Shown: piece after piece, positions 1 through 13,372 of the stretch
Layout: each line of letters starts with the position of its first letter
How positions within the stretch are numbered: the first letter of the stretch is position 1
Assembly: GCA_965202585.1 (NCBI GenBank)
Contig: OZ241827.1
Location: 54,560,001 to 54,624,000, forward strand
DNA from: Thalia democratica
Taxonomy: Eukaryota
DNA length: 64,000 nucleotides
Direction of reading: 5' to 3'
The notes under the pieces: generated by a model
What the model was told of the DNA's origin: nothing
Database searches by the model: none
What the model saw: only the letters and a program-made list of their open reading frames with translations
Translations under genes and position numbers: made by a program

Positions 1-716
1 AGAGATTACTAATAATAAATCATTTCATCAGAACTTTAAATATTGAAATTTAAATTGTCAGTTATTAAATAGTTGTAAACCTTCGAAATAAAAATACTTG
101 AATTTTATTTATTTTAAAAGCAAGTTAAAAATAAAAATACCTAACTAAACTAAGGCCATTTAGATTTACATTTTGGCTATCATTGTTTTAATTTTGTTTT
201 ATTTTTTAAACTACAACAAATACAACAAACTTTTTACGTTTTATAGTGAAAAGTGTCTAAGCTTTATCTTACAACTTATTTTCTCTCAAAACAGGTAATT
301 GCAGTAAAGTTATCAATAAAACTAACCTAGTGGCTTTTGGAAGCGAACTCGTTCCATTTCCTTCCAATGGTGTGGAGGTAGTTCCGAACAAAAGGAAAAA
401 AGTTCTTGCTAGCACCAACATCAGTAAGTGGATTGAAAACAAAAATATTTTTAGCATTGTAAAGTTCGAAACAATTTTTTTACTCACAGGAAAGTATAGT
501 GCAGTTGAAAATACCTCTCAAGCATACATTTTGTCAACAAGTCCTTCGACCCAAGCCTCCAGCTCTGTTTTATCAAGTATTTTGTTTATTATGATTTTTT
601 TATAGTTTGTAAATAACAATGTGATTGTTATATACATAAAAAAGTGTCATTATTTCACGTATACTTATAAAGATATAATATTTTTCTTTTTATTATTTTC
701 ATTTACTTATTTTGTA

Positions 717-2784
717 CAGGGTTGCCACACACTCAGGAAATCTCAGGGAATTTTCAAACTGTAGAAAATCTCAGGGAAACTCAGGGAATCTCAGGGAATT
801 TTGGCATTTTTCTTTTAATTCAGGGAAGTTTTGATTTTTTCTCTAAATTTCAGGGAGGTTTTTGAAAATCTCAGGGAAATTTTTTTTCTAGATCTAGAAT
901 GAGGTTTAGTTAATCCAGTTTCAATATTTTGTTCAAAAGTAGTAATTTTTATTATTTAAGTGGTTATTTAGATTTTTTTTAGCCTTGCGGCTAGTTCTTT
1001 AATATTCTTAGTATTAACATTGTAGTTTTTTTAAGTTTTAAATTTATATTTACTTAAGTAAAATCAAACAGTTTAGAGAAATGAAAGTTGTTGTTAACTA
1101 TTCATTGAAAAGTTCTAATAAACTTTTTATTTTTAGTTACTTATGTAGTTTCTTCTGTATTGTGCTGCTTCTACTTTAATTCAAGATTTGCTAAATCAAG
1201 GTAAAGTTTCTAACACTTTGTTCAAGTCATTTCACAATGAATGTAAACTTTTTATATTTGCTATAATAAAAAAAATTAAAACAAGAATGACTGTTGGTTT
1301 GAACTTTTTAAGAAGGGCTGCTGTTTTAAATCTGGCATGTCTAATTGAAATGGGTAAAGACCGTTGTGTCAGAAACTTTTTAAGGTTGGTCCAACAACTT
1401 GTCAGCATGAAGATACTAAAAGCAAAAGAAGGTGATGACAGCATTAATCAATACATTGATTTGTTAAGTTCTTCTAACACTCAAATACTTTTTGAAAATT
1501 TTCTTGAAAGAAGTCACAGTTTAGACACCTTTTATTTTGACACACTCGATATCCAAAGCAAGTATAAAGATTTAACAAGAGTCCTTGAGGCTGTTTTTGT
1601 GCTTAACAATGGCCAGGCAAGTGTTGAACGGGACTTTAGCTTAAATAAGGAAGTAATATCAACTAATATGGGAGAGATGACAATAAGGTCCCGAAGAATG
1701 ATCAAAGATCATCTATATGCAAACAGTCTAGAACCAAGCACAGTTGAACTAAGTTCTGAATTGTTAAAACTTGTAAAATCTTCTAGGGCCTAATATTTGG
1801 CATATCTTGAGCAACAGCGCTTTGCTAAAAATGTTCTAAATAAAGGTGATGCTTTGAGCAAGTTAGGAGAACAAAAAAGTAAACTTACAAAGCAACTCAA
1901 ATGTTTGAATGAAGACTATGACAAATATACTGCAGATGCCAACAAACAGTCTGATTTAGAAGCAATGAAAGAATTATTAGCAAGAGGAATAGCTGCTAAG
2001 GACAACGCAAATAAACTTGAAAATAAAATTAAAACTATTGATTTAGAAATTGCATACTTAAAAAAACAGTATTAAGATTTTTTTATTAGGTAATGTGAAA
2101 TTGTTTTAAAATCAAAATTATGTTTTCAGTTATTTAAAATATATTGTGTATGAACATCTAAAAGACATAAAAAAAAATTTAATTTTAGATTATTTTGTAT
2201 CAGTTGTTAGGTATTAAGTTGTACTTTGATATGAGATATTTCTTTAGCTATTTCTTTAAACTTTCTTTTTGCAAGTTTTTTTACAATAATGTTAAGCTTT
2301 TAAGTTTTATTTACTGCATTCAGAACAGTTGCTAGGAAAGACATACAAGTCATAATGAAGTTATTATGTATGCATTTAAGTGAGTTCTTCATGTGAAATT
2401 ATTATTATAGTATAATTAAATTTTGTCAATTAAAATGTCAAACAAATTAAACTTTATTCTTTTATGTAGAAAGTTAACTAACAAGTTTACACAAAGTTGT
2501 GCAAAAATTTAGTTTTTAATTTTTAATTGGTTTAAACCTTTTAAGATTGAGTTTTTGAAAACAGTTTTTTTCATAAATTTAATGCAGAAGCATACACATA
2601 CAACCTTCCTTTTATTATTAAAGAAGAAAAATGAGAATGAGGTATTAATAATTTGTGTTAGAAGAGAAAAAATTGTTTTTAAGATTTGAAAAATACTCAG
2701 GGAAACTCAGGGAAATTTAAGGTTACTCAGGGAAATTTTTGGTCACTCAGGGAAGATTTTTTGGCTTGAAGAGTGGCAACCCTG
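717..2784 (+). mobile_element. Internally deleted hAT-like DNA transposon with 6-bp TSD
   Basis: TIR CAGGGTTGCCAC (717) / GTGGCAACCCTG (ends 2784). TSD TTTGTA at 711-716 and 2785-2790. Clustered CTCAGGGAA subterminal motifs at both ends. Contains a transposase C-terminal remnant. Confidence 0.9.
1188..2075 (+). pseudogene. hAT-like transposase C-terminal remnant (dimerisation region plus coiled coil), one in-frame stop at 1791-1793
   Basis: ORFs 1188-1793 and 1797-2075 are in the same frame. Motif VLNNGQASVERDFSLNK resembles the hAT C-terminal 'xHGxAxVERxFS' signature. The N-terminal and catalytic parts are absent. Confidence 0.75.
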
Positions 2785-3193
2785 TTTGTAGTAAAAATAT
2801 ACTTAGGAAATTGTTTTATGAAGTGAATTGTTAGAAAATTTAATTATTGTTATTTTTTCTAAAAAGCCGAAATTACAAACAAAAAATCTAAAGCTGCAAA
2901 ATTATTTTATTAAGTAATTAATAAATACAGGATGACCACAAAATCAATTAAAACAAAAATAAAGTTTTTAGTAACACTTATCAATTAACTTCTTTTTATT
3001 AAGCTTATTGTTGGAAAGTTCTATGACCTTACTAGAGTTGCTATTTCTCAAAATTAACATTGTACTTGGTATTTTTTCTTTGTCTGTTATTTACTGTTTT
3101 TAATAATAATTCTCCCTGCAAATATAATTATAAAAACTCAGTTTTTTATAAGATTAAGTCCTTGTTGAAATGCTATTAAAATTTGAATACATA

Positions 3194-3580
3194 CAGGGTT
3201 GCCAAAAAACCTTGACTCCTGGAAAAACCTGGAATTGGACAATTTAGGCTAAAAAAAACTGAAAAAACATGGAATTTTGAACAAAAATCACTAAAAAATT
3301 TTGAAAAATCAGGAACTTTAAATAATTTTTACATGTTAAGTAGAAACATTTTGATTTGACAGAAAAAAATTTATCATATAGATAAAAAAATTTGTGATCA
3401 TCAAATTTTTTAAATTAAAATGCACATTTAAAGAAGCTTAAAGATATCTTTTCAATGTCGTTATGATAGTGAACACAGTTCTTACCTTGAATTTAATTCT
3501 AAGCTGAAAATAGACTCTAAAACTAAAACGTGTAATCTTAAAAATCTGGAAAAAGTTTGCCAAAACATTTGGCAACCCTG
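3194..3580 (-). mobile_element. MITE of the CAGGGTTGCC-end family
   Basis: TIR CAGGGTTGCCA / TGGCAACCCTG. TSD TACATA at 3188-3193 and 3581-3586. Its left end matches the reverse complement of the right end of the 52332-52690 copy. Confidence 0.9.
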
Positions 3581-3649
3581 TACATATATAAAGAAAGTAA
3601 ATACTACTTTAGTTAATTTTTTTTATCGGATAATATTTTAAAAGTTTAC

Positions 3650-3954
3650 TTAAATAGATTTATGCAAATTATATATTTTATTCGCGACCGGTTTCTGTGG
3701 CAAAAAATTGCGACCTTTTCAAGCAAAAATAAAATATTAAACTGTACATAACAATGTTAGTTATTTATACTGTTATTTGGAAACTTATTCATGCGTAAAA
3801 AATATAAACAAAAAATAAAATGTTGCATATTCGAAAATTCAAGCATGTAAGAGTATAACTAGGTAAAACTGGTACTAGTTTTCAAAAAGGAATTGAATTA
3901 ATATTAATATAACCGGTCGCAAATCAAATATATAATTTGCATAAATCTATTTAA
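3650..3954. mobile_element. TTAA-bounded MITE with ~44-bp imperfect TIRs
   Basis: TTAAATAGATTTATGCAAATTATATATTT...CGCGACCGGTT versus AACCGGTCGC...ATATATAATTTGCATAAATCTATTTAA. An internally deleted inverted copy lies at ~36366-36523. Confidence 0.75.
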
Positions 3955-6835
3955 ATAAGCTCTTTACATCCCAGTAAATTGAGCATTCTTTTATAATTAA
4001 GGCAAATAACTATATAAAAGTTTACTTAAAAAACTTAAAGTTTATTAAACACCTTAACAGGACCTTAATATAAATGATAATGTTTTTGGCATATATACAG
4101 CAGGGTGCATCCTTTGAATTTTTATCTTAAATAATTTTGCACCTTGACCCCATTGAAATTGTTTAATATTGATGGTAGAAACATTATTTACTGAGTTAAA
4201 CCACTTTTATGTGTCTAGAAAATCTTGTTAAAAACTATTGAAAACAAAATTCGCCTAATTTATCTACACTTTGAAAAAAAGTTATTGAGCTTATTTTTGT
4301 GAAATACTCCATAATGTTGAGTTAAGAAAATAGAATGCATGCTTGTTGTTCAAAAATAATTGCAAACTTTGTTTGTAAATATTTTCATTAAACAAGCAGT
4401 TTTCATCAAGATCTATGCATATAGGTGATAACAAACCCTATACAGTTTATTTTTTGTTTTAATATTTACAGTCAGTAAAATTGAAAACTTAAAAACACTG
4501 TAAGAGCACAAGTAAAAAGTTTACTCCTACGCTTATTGCCTTGACTTAAGATTACACTGTGAAAAGAAATTAAAGTTTTGTATAAATGTATAAGTCGTTA
4601 ATTTTTCTTAAATAGTAATATAAAAAAAAAAGTTTCATGGAAAAAGCTTAATTACATTTATATGAACATTCAATGTGTTGACACTCATCTAGTAAGTATT
4701 AGGTTGGAAATCGGCAGAAATAAATATGCATAAAAATACCAAGAAAATAAAGAAAGTCTTATGTTTTACAAGAAAAAACATATATAAAATAAGACTGAAA
4801 TTTTTATCAATAATTTTGATATTTTCAAATATGTGTTTTTTTTAATATACTTTAACTCGTGCTTTTTGTACTTAAACCTAAACATAAACTCAATTTTTAG
4901 TTATACGGTTATTTTATTTTTAGTTTTGAAGTTTTTAAGGTAACACAATATAATCCGATAAAAATGACTAGATTTTAAACAATTCTTTGTAAAACATTAT
5001 TCTTAGTAACGCTATTAAGTTTAGCATATTTTTCGAATTTAATTATTTTAAAATACTTTTTTTACTGTGTCTTATTGAAATTAAAAATAACTCATAGCTA
5101 TTTGCTTTAAAATACAAGTTTGAAAAGTCAAGTTTTTAACTCTAATGATTATACAATTATAGGATAAATTAGTACATATAATAGCCAGGAATTAAAATTG
5201 TAAAAAAAAATCTCTAAAATTTTGATCATTGAATTAAATTTAGTTTTGTGTTCTGCTTTGTAAGCACAAATGCAAAAGAAAGATTTAATAAATACTTTGA
5301 GGAAATAAAAAAATAACCTACCATTGCAATGCTCAAGTAGTAGTTACATACAGGAAACAAGAAAAGAATTTCTATATTATTCTTTTTACACTAATTATTT
5401 TTGATATTAACTAAAGTTCCCTTTTGTAACAGATACACATTTTTCAATCAATCTTATCATGTTTCATAAGTCATCGCCTATAATTAAAAACTAAAATTAG
5501 TGTTAAACCTAAATAATTTAGGTAGGTTTATAACACATTTTTATTAAATTGTTCACTTAAAATAACATTACAAAAACCAAATAATAAGCATAAAAATTAG
5601 TAAGTAAAGCTAGTACAATTAAATGATAAATTTATTAACTACAAAACACAACAAAGCGAAAAATCTTAAAAAATAAAAGCTTATGAGAAAATCCAGTTTA
5701 TATAATGCTTTAAAAATAAAATAATTTTTTCACAACTTTAAAACTGTACTTAATTCTTTTTTTTTTGAAATTTATATTGTGGTCATAAATAGTTATTCCC
5801 TCTTTCCCAAACTCTTTATGTTTTTTCTACTTTTGGCCCTGATGTAAATCAAATAATTGTATTAGATGCTTTTATCCTGTAAGATTCAATATTTAGTCTG
5901 AGTCACTTAATATAATCTTATTGAAGCAATGTATGTCTATTAAAAATAGTATTAGAAACAAATATATCTTTTCCAGTATTTTTTTTAAATATTTATACCA
6001 AGTTTACCATACAATCAAGCTTTGTCAAAGTTTTGAAAATTTCAGGCTATTTTTCTAGAACTCAAACTAGATTGAGTCGATTAAGTTTTCAATGTTGTGT
6101 TAGTTAATAGGTAATATGTATTTTTCTGTTTAACTTTTATAATTGTGTAATGTTTTTTTTTCAATAACTTGCTAAAATTTCGTGTCTTGCGGTTTTATCT
6201 CCTTTTATAAAACATTTCAGTTTTTATTTGATTGATAAATTTGAAAATAATGATGATAATATTAGCAATTAATTTAAGTACATAGAAATAAATTGAATTT
6301 AATTTTAATTAGTAAATCAGAAGTAAAAGCGTATACTTACAGTCTTGGTGTTAATAGTTTAACATTTTATAAGTATATTATTCTATGATAAAGAGTGAAT
6401 GGCAACTTTTAAACAAGTTTTTTAGTAAAATTAGGCCATTTTATAGTGACTCAGGTGATTTTGCCTCATAAAGTAGAAGTCCTGTTATATGTTTAATAAA
6501 ATCTTCCGAGCTTTGTATTTTGAAAATAATTTTTTATCTGTAACTAAAAGTTTTTAACTAAAAAAGTGGGTTAGTTATTACTAGCTAGTAAATTAAGTAA
6601 GTTTTAATATGAAACTCTGGTTTTAAGTTTCAATACGATATTCAACTATTCAGTTAAAAGTAATAATATACTGTATTTCCTTAAAAAGTGAAATGAATAC
6701 GTTTGCTTCCATAATATAAACTTTTCTGTTTTGTTAATGTGATCTAAGCACAGCTCCCAAGATAAATTGAAAAATGTATCAAATATCAACTTTTTTTCTT
6801 TGTTATTATTAACCAGCACACAATTTAAAACAGCA

Positions 6836-9800
6836 ATGGCAACGAAGCAAACTAGCGGTGGAACAAACTATCCGATCTACATTGTACCCAAAACATCTTT
6901 TCCCAGCCAAGTTTCGAAGCCCGGTATAAGCAGTAAGTGTTTGTTAAAACGTTACAACTTAAAGCTTGAAATTCTGAGAGTACTACTCATTTATGTTTTT
7001 TGATAGCATGAGATGATTTATAAATACCAAATAGGAAATCTTATTGATTGTTCTGAGTTTTATAAAAGTTAAAAATTTATTACGCTAGTAGAGCTGTTAA
7101 TACAAAAATATAGTTCACAGTCAGTTTAAATTGGCAAAAAAAATAGTGAGAATTTTTTAATGAAGTTCTAATATCAAATGTGCTTTCTTAGTCTGTTTTT
7201 GTATATTGCATCATTGGTTTTTTGATGTTTTTTAGAATTGATTAAAAATAATGTTTCTAAATTTTTTCTCGTAAAATTAGCAGTATCTTGATTTTTTCTT
7301 AAACTTTAATGCAGAATTTAACATTATACGTACATATTTTTTTACAAAATCTTTTATCAAAGCATAACTGTTTGTACTGTATGTTTTTTTCAACAAACCG
7401 TGTTTAAATGTTTTAAAATATGTACCGTTTTAAGCAATGCATTGTTATAGTTTTGAGAAAAGAATTTTACACCAGTAAATAGCCGCAACAACAATGAGTT
7501 AAAAACTATAAGACAAGTATTGTCAAACTAAGTTTTTTAATATAGAAAAAATAAGTGTTTTTGAGTTTAATTTTTAATTGTGTTCGTAGTTTTATATATT
7601 TTATGACTTTTTAAAATCATGATGTCCTAAACAAATTGCTTAATAACTTATCTATTGAAGTCAAAGGCATAAAATTTCTAAAATTTTTTGATGGTTTTGC
7701 TAATACTTTTTGAAAACTTCTTCTTTTATTTTGTACATATTTTTTAATTACTTTTTAGATTCTATTAAGTTACCCATGTTTTTAGTACACTTAATAAGTT
7801 AGTGATGATTTTTAACTAGTTTTATGTTTAAGCGTAAACTTAAATATACATAAAAATGTAGTAAGATGCTTATGATACACCACCAGTTAAGTTTTATACG
7901 AATTTTCTAAAAAAGTCATTGTTAACTTTAATATGGTTATTTTAAATAGTTTAAAATTTGATGCAGGTCATCTTTCTTATTCTAAAGTTTGTTTGCTTCA
8001 GTGGCGAATTTTAACAGTTTTTTATAAAAAAAAAAAACAACAAAAACTATTCTTGTAAAATTTAAATCACCCACAAGATATGGTTCATTGTATATTTTCA
8101 ATTGTTTTCTTATCAGGTTGTTCCGCTGCAGCAAGCCAGTTCAACTTCAAGCTGAGCGAAACCACCGTGGTGCCGTTCGATTCGTTCACGGTGCCTCCCG
8201 CCACGCAAGCCACAGCTTCGAGCGTAAAAAGTTGGAACTTTTAGATAATGTTTATTTTATAGTTTTTGCTGTGAGAAATATTTTCAGTTGTCTTCATCTG
8301 ATATCAAACAGCTGGTTTTCGTTGTTATTTTCGTCATGTTTAAATTTTTATTGCGTTGTAAAATCTTTGGTTGAAGCAGTGTAGCGGTGGCGAGGCGTGG
8401 TATTTTTGTTTACAAGCGTTTAAAAAATCCCTAAAATTGATATTTTAAAAAAATAATTTAGAAAGATAAAAACACTGCATTTACAACATGTAGTTTGTAA
8501 GCAAAGTTTGTTGGAAAATGAAAACTTTAACAGTTTTATAATAAGTTTTTTAGGTGGAGTATTTGCTCCATCCTACGCGGCGCCCCTGCATGATAAGCTA
8601 TAAAAAATATTTGTTTTATAAACAATTTGTTATATGCTTTATGAGTACCATCTTTACAACAGGAGTTACCAGGGGTAAAACCAGCAATGTAGATAAACTT
8701 TCGATTGTCGGCCAACATCAGCCTGAAAAAAGCACCGGAAAAATTACTAGTTTTACAAGTGGTCATTTTAAATGTTATCTCATCAGAATAGTATTTTGTT
8801 ATTATAAAAAAAGCAATAGTTTAAATGCTTCTAAACGTCATCAAATAAGTGTTTCAGGATGTAATTTACAAATATTGATACAACAAAGTTACTTATTTTT
8901 CTTTATAAGTAAAACATGCATTTTAAGCTATATAAAAACAGCAGTGAAATCCACCAGTGTTTAATCTTAACAAGCTATTGATTATTTTACATTACATTCA
9001 CCTCAAAACGAAAAACAACCAAATTTAACATGCTCTTTCAAAGTTACCATAAAAAAAAAACAACATTTTTTTCGCAGAACTGCAGGAAACGCATCGGGAC
9101 AGGACCAAGTTCGAGTGCAAGATCTGTAAGAAGAAGTACATCCGATCGAAGCCTTTCAAAAAACACCTCAAGCAGCACGAGGAACAGGAAGGGGAAGAAG
9201 TCATTGGTGAATCGACCTGCTCCATATGCAAGAAGGTTTTGTAGAAACATACAACTGTAGCTCATTTCACTATGTATCGGTGTTTTTATTAATACTTGTT
9301 TTGATTCAGATTTTTGTTTGTTAAAAAATATTCAAACAAAAGGGGTTTTTCTTCAGGTCTTCCTGCCGGACGAACCGATAGAGGGCGAGAGGCCGTCGCT
9401 GTGCAAGACGTGCAGCAAAAAGTTCAAAAACATACCGCTCCTGAGCCAGCCGGGTCAAGGGGCGAGCGAAAAAACGCGGGAAAACATCGTTGAGAAGCTG
9501 AACAACATCAAGAAGGAGGCCGAGTCCCAGGAAGTGTTGACTAAGAAGAGCGATGTCGGCGGTAAGAAAGCGGCCGCTGGAGGCACCAGCAAGAGGGCAA
9601 AGAGGAAAATCACCCCTAAGAGGAGGGCCGGTGAAGACAGCAAAGGCGAGAAGTTTATGTGCGACATCTGCCCGGAGGACAGAAGGAGGGACTTCAAGAA
9701 CGTATACCGGCTGAACGCGCACAAGAAGCTGCACTACGAGCCGAGGTACAGTTGTGGCGAGTGCGGGAAGAAGTTTTACTCCAACGGCAACCTGAAGACC

Positions 9801-9842
9801 CACCAGAAGACCCACCAGCGGAAGAAGCGAAAGTTTCAGTAA
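6836..9842 (+). CDS. C2H2 zinc-finger protein, 281 aa; join(6836..6923,8117..8230,9078..9235,9357..9842)
   Basis: Three GT-AG introns with consistent phases (1,1,0) give one open frame from MATKQTSGG. Three C2H2 fingers: CKICKKKYIRSKPFKKHLKQH, CDICPEDRRRDFKNVYRLNAHKKLH and CGECGKKFYSNGNLKTHQKTH. GC3-rich codons. Confidence 0.85.
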
Positions 9843-12800
9843 GGGGGTTTTTTATGATACCTTTATGCAGTTTAGTTTGAAAATGAGGGTTAAGGTATAA
9901 TAATTTTTTTTGTGTCTCGTTTGACCGTAATGAATCAATGTTCTTGGTAGCTTTTTGAAGGAAATCATAGAGGTGATTATTAGTTTCAGTATATATATAC
10001 CGGCCCTTTTTAAATGTGTGGTAGTATACTTTAGGGGTGCATTTTTCATACAAAGTTTAGTTAAAACAAATAGACTCAAATCTTTTCTTCGTGAAAAAGC
10101 TGTTCAAATTTTATTATGAGGTTTTTTAAAAGTTACCACGACTCGCGTTTGGTTTAAGGAAAAGTTTATAGTATTAGCGCAAAAAAGAAATTTTACTCAT
10201 CTAAAAATAGAAAAATCAAGTCTAGCTTTTAATTTTTTTATAAAGTTTTTGTTTAGTAATCAAACGTTAAGATCTATAAAGAAATAAAATGTTAAATAAA
10301 TTTGTTTGATAACGTTAGTACTTTAGATAGTTATTTCAAATGTTAGTTTTAACCTGCACAAAACTTTATGTCACTTTTATTACTGTTGGTGAACAGCTTT
10401 ACTTATGTAATGTTTGAAGTATTTATCTTTACTCTTGGCTAAAAAGGTTTTTAACACCGTGCTACAGAGGTTTTAAAAGTAAGTGTTAGGATAATAAATA
10501 AAATGTTAAAAAAATTAAATGTTGCTAAATCAAACTTTTTTTAATCCAGAGACACTTAACAATCCTTAGTTTACAACTGGTATATACTAGTTATATAACA
10601 AAATAAATGTTTTTATAATTCTTTATTTTCTTTATCTGTGTATATATCATATTATTTTTCTTCTTCAATTGTGTTCTCATTTAATTAAAAAGCAAACTTT
10701 TTAAAATCACGTTTTCAAATCTATAGATTAAATTAAAATAAATTGTAGAGTATTCTTAACTTTAAAGTTTAATATTTTAATTTTGTTAACTATTATAACT
10801 ATCAAAGATAAAATGTTATGCTTTCAATTTAGTATATAAATGTTTTTAAACTTTTAACTAAACACAGGCTGGATTTTGAAAGGAATCTGTTTAAAGTTTT
10901 TCTTTTTAAATGTAGGAAGTTTCTTATTCGTTTGATGTTTTGTTAAAATTAAAGTTTGGTTCTAAACTTGTTTTATTTTATTTACTGGAAAATTAATTAC
11001 AAAAACATTTAAACAGTAGTCGATCAAATATAGGCTGTAATTTTTATTTATATCTTTTCGATTAGTTAGATAAAGCTTTCTACATATTTTATTTCAATCT
11101 ATTATCAAGTTTTTTTTATCTCCATGCTAATATTCAAACAAACAACTATCTCACTTTCTTTTTTTTGCAATTATACCTTAGTGTTCTATCTAAAAAGAAA
11201 TAAGGAAAAGACACTAACAATTTATATCATAAAATATTATTCTGAATCTTTTTCAATAAATGGGGTAAAGTACGGCTTGCTATATATCTTAGGCTTTGAT
11301 CAGTTTTGTAACTTTAAATATTAAGAAGGGGTTTTCAGCCTCTTCTAAGCTTTTATAACACTTAAAAAACTTTTTCTTAAACTATTTGTAATTTAGTTAT
11401 TTAAAATTTAAGGATAAGTTAGTAGTTGTTTTAACACTCAAGTTTGTCTGTAAATATAGAAAATTAATCCAAGAACTACAATTTTAATTTATTTTCCTAA
11501 AAAGATGTTATAGAATTTAATTTCTTTCTTTTTTCAAATACTAGGTGTATGAAAATTATTTAATACTAAATAAACTAATTTTTCTCGTAGCGGTATACTT
11601 TATCTCGTTATGCGCATTGTATTTCGAATATAAGGTAGAACATATTCTACTTTCTCAGACTTATACTCATTTTACTTTAGTTTAGTTTGTATTTCCATAC
11701 TCTTTATATTAAAAGTTACCCTAAAAAGTATAATTGATTTTTACGGTTTGTCTTTCACTCTGTATTCAAAACTTAATATTGTTCCGTATAAATCAAGTTT
11801 TTAATTACATTTTTTATTAAGCTTTTTTTTAACAAAAATATAACTCAAAAAAAAATATTCATATTAATTTACATTTTAAGATTTGTAGGGAACTTTTATT
11901 TTATAAATAAATCTTGGTCTACCATTAAAACTATAAACTTTTAAAAACTGAAGCTAACTACTTTCTTAGTTGTTAAATTTCCAAAATAGCAGTTTACTCA
12001 AATGGCATTTATAAAAAACATGTAAATCTATTTTCTTTGAAATTAACAAAATAATAGTTTTTAATGTACTAAAAGCTTTTTATCATCAGATAGTTTCAAC
12101 TATTATAAATACTTCGGTTGAGTCAAACAAAAGCTGCAATAAAGCGGCAAGCTTTCCACAAAAGTTTTATGGTTGTGTAAACATTACTAACACCTATTGC
12201 ACTCACATTTCCCGCAAAAAAATTCTTTTTTGCTGCATATTCGTCTTATAAGTTTGGCACTAAAATCTTTTATTCAAAATTGAAAAGAAAATAGTATAAA
12301 ACGTGTCAGTTGGTGTATATTCATAAATGCAGAACTTAGCTATTAAGATTTTTTACTAGTTTACCTCTTAAATACCTTATTTTATTTTTTTTGATTATCA
12401 TTTTTTGCATAAAGTCAGCCCCCTAGGAAAGTTTTGTTAACTTCTACAACATTTTTAATAAAAGTACAGCAACTGAATAAACTAAGATACTTTTTATCAT
12501 AGTTAATAAATGAAACTTCTAAGAGTGTTTATAGAACCTCAAAAAGCTTGAAGTAATTCTGAATTTAGGCACCACAAATTTTGTCATTTTCTCTAATTCA
12601 TTTAATGTTCGTTAAAGGATTAATGTGTTCAGCATTGTAAAAATAATTTAAAGTGAACATTTACCGCAAAATACTTAAACTTTATTATTGTAGTTTATAT
12701 GAATAAGGCTATCAATAACAATTGTTCTTGATTTTGCTTATTTTTGATAGAAAGTTGTTTAGCTTAAAAAAGATGCAATAAACTGTCATAAAATGAATAA

Positions 12801-13372
12801 GCGTTTATTTTTATTTTTTTACATAAATTGATATCTTCTTAGTAAAACTTAGCTGTAGTAATAAAAGATTCTATAAAAAAAATACAAGTTAATTTAATAA
12901 CATTTAGTAATTTTTTGTTAACTTTTACTATAACTATTATAAGTTTAACTTATCGTTATGAATAAAACTGACATATTGATTCATCGGACAAATATGTTAT
13001 GTAACACTAAAACGTTTAAGCCACGTTGGTAAAAGTAAATTACATTAAAAAAAGTTGTATAGAAAAAACTAATAAAGTTTGTTTCACTTACTTTGTATCG
13101 TTACAGTAAAGGAATATTCCAACTAAGCAGTTTTAAAAAAAAGTTTATGTATTTAATAACGCTTTTTAAACAATTTGAAAGTTCTAAACATTTTAAAAGG
13201 TCGTATTCTATTGTAAAAACCCTCAATATCAAAATTTGATAAGCAGCCTTATTCAAAATATATAAATAGGTTTTTAAGAGGATGCTGTACTATTTTTTTT
13301 CTTTTCTCTAAAACTTGTACAATAAAACTACAAGTAAACACTATTTTAGCTTTTTAAATATAGTATATAACG

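Noticed and set aside
8088-8384. ORF-track frame LFRCSKPVQLQ for zinc-finger exon 2
   Set aside because: Splice phases and codon usage support the other frame (CSAAASQFNFKLSETTVVPF).
8386-8590. Possible MITE with GC-rich ends
   Set aside because: The inverted repeats are too degenerate and no TSD was found.
9025-10079. Antisense and alternative-frame ORFs over the zinc-finger exons (and similar ones over the HEPN, AGBL5 and PIGK exons)
   Set aside because: They are shadows of GC-rich real exons; the spliced frames explain the sequence.
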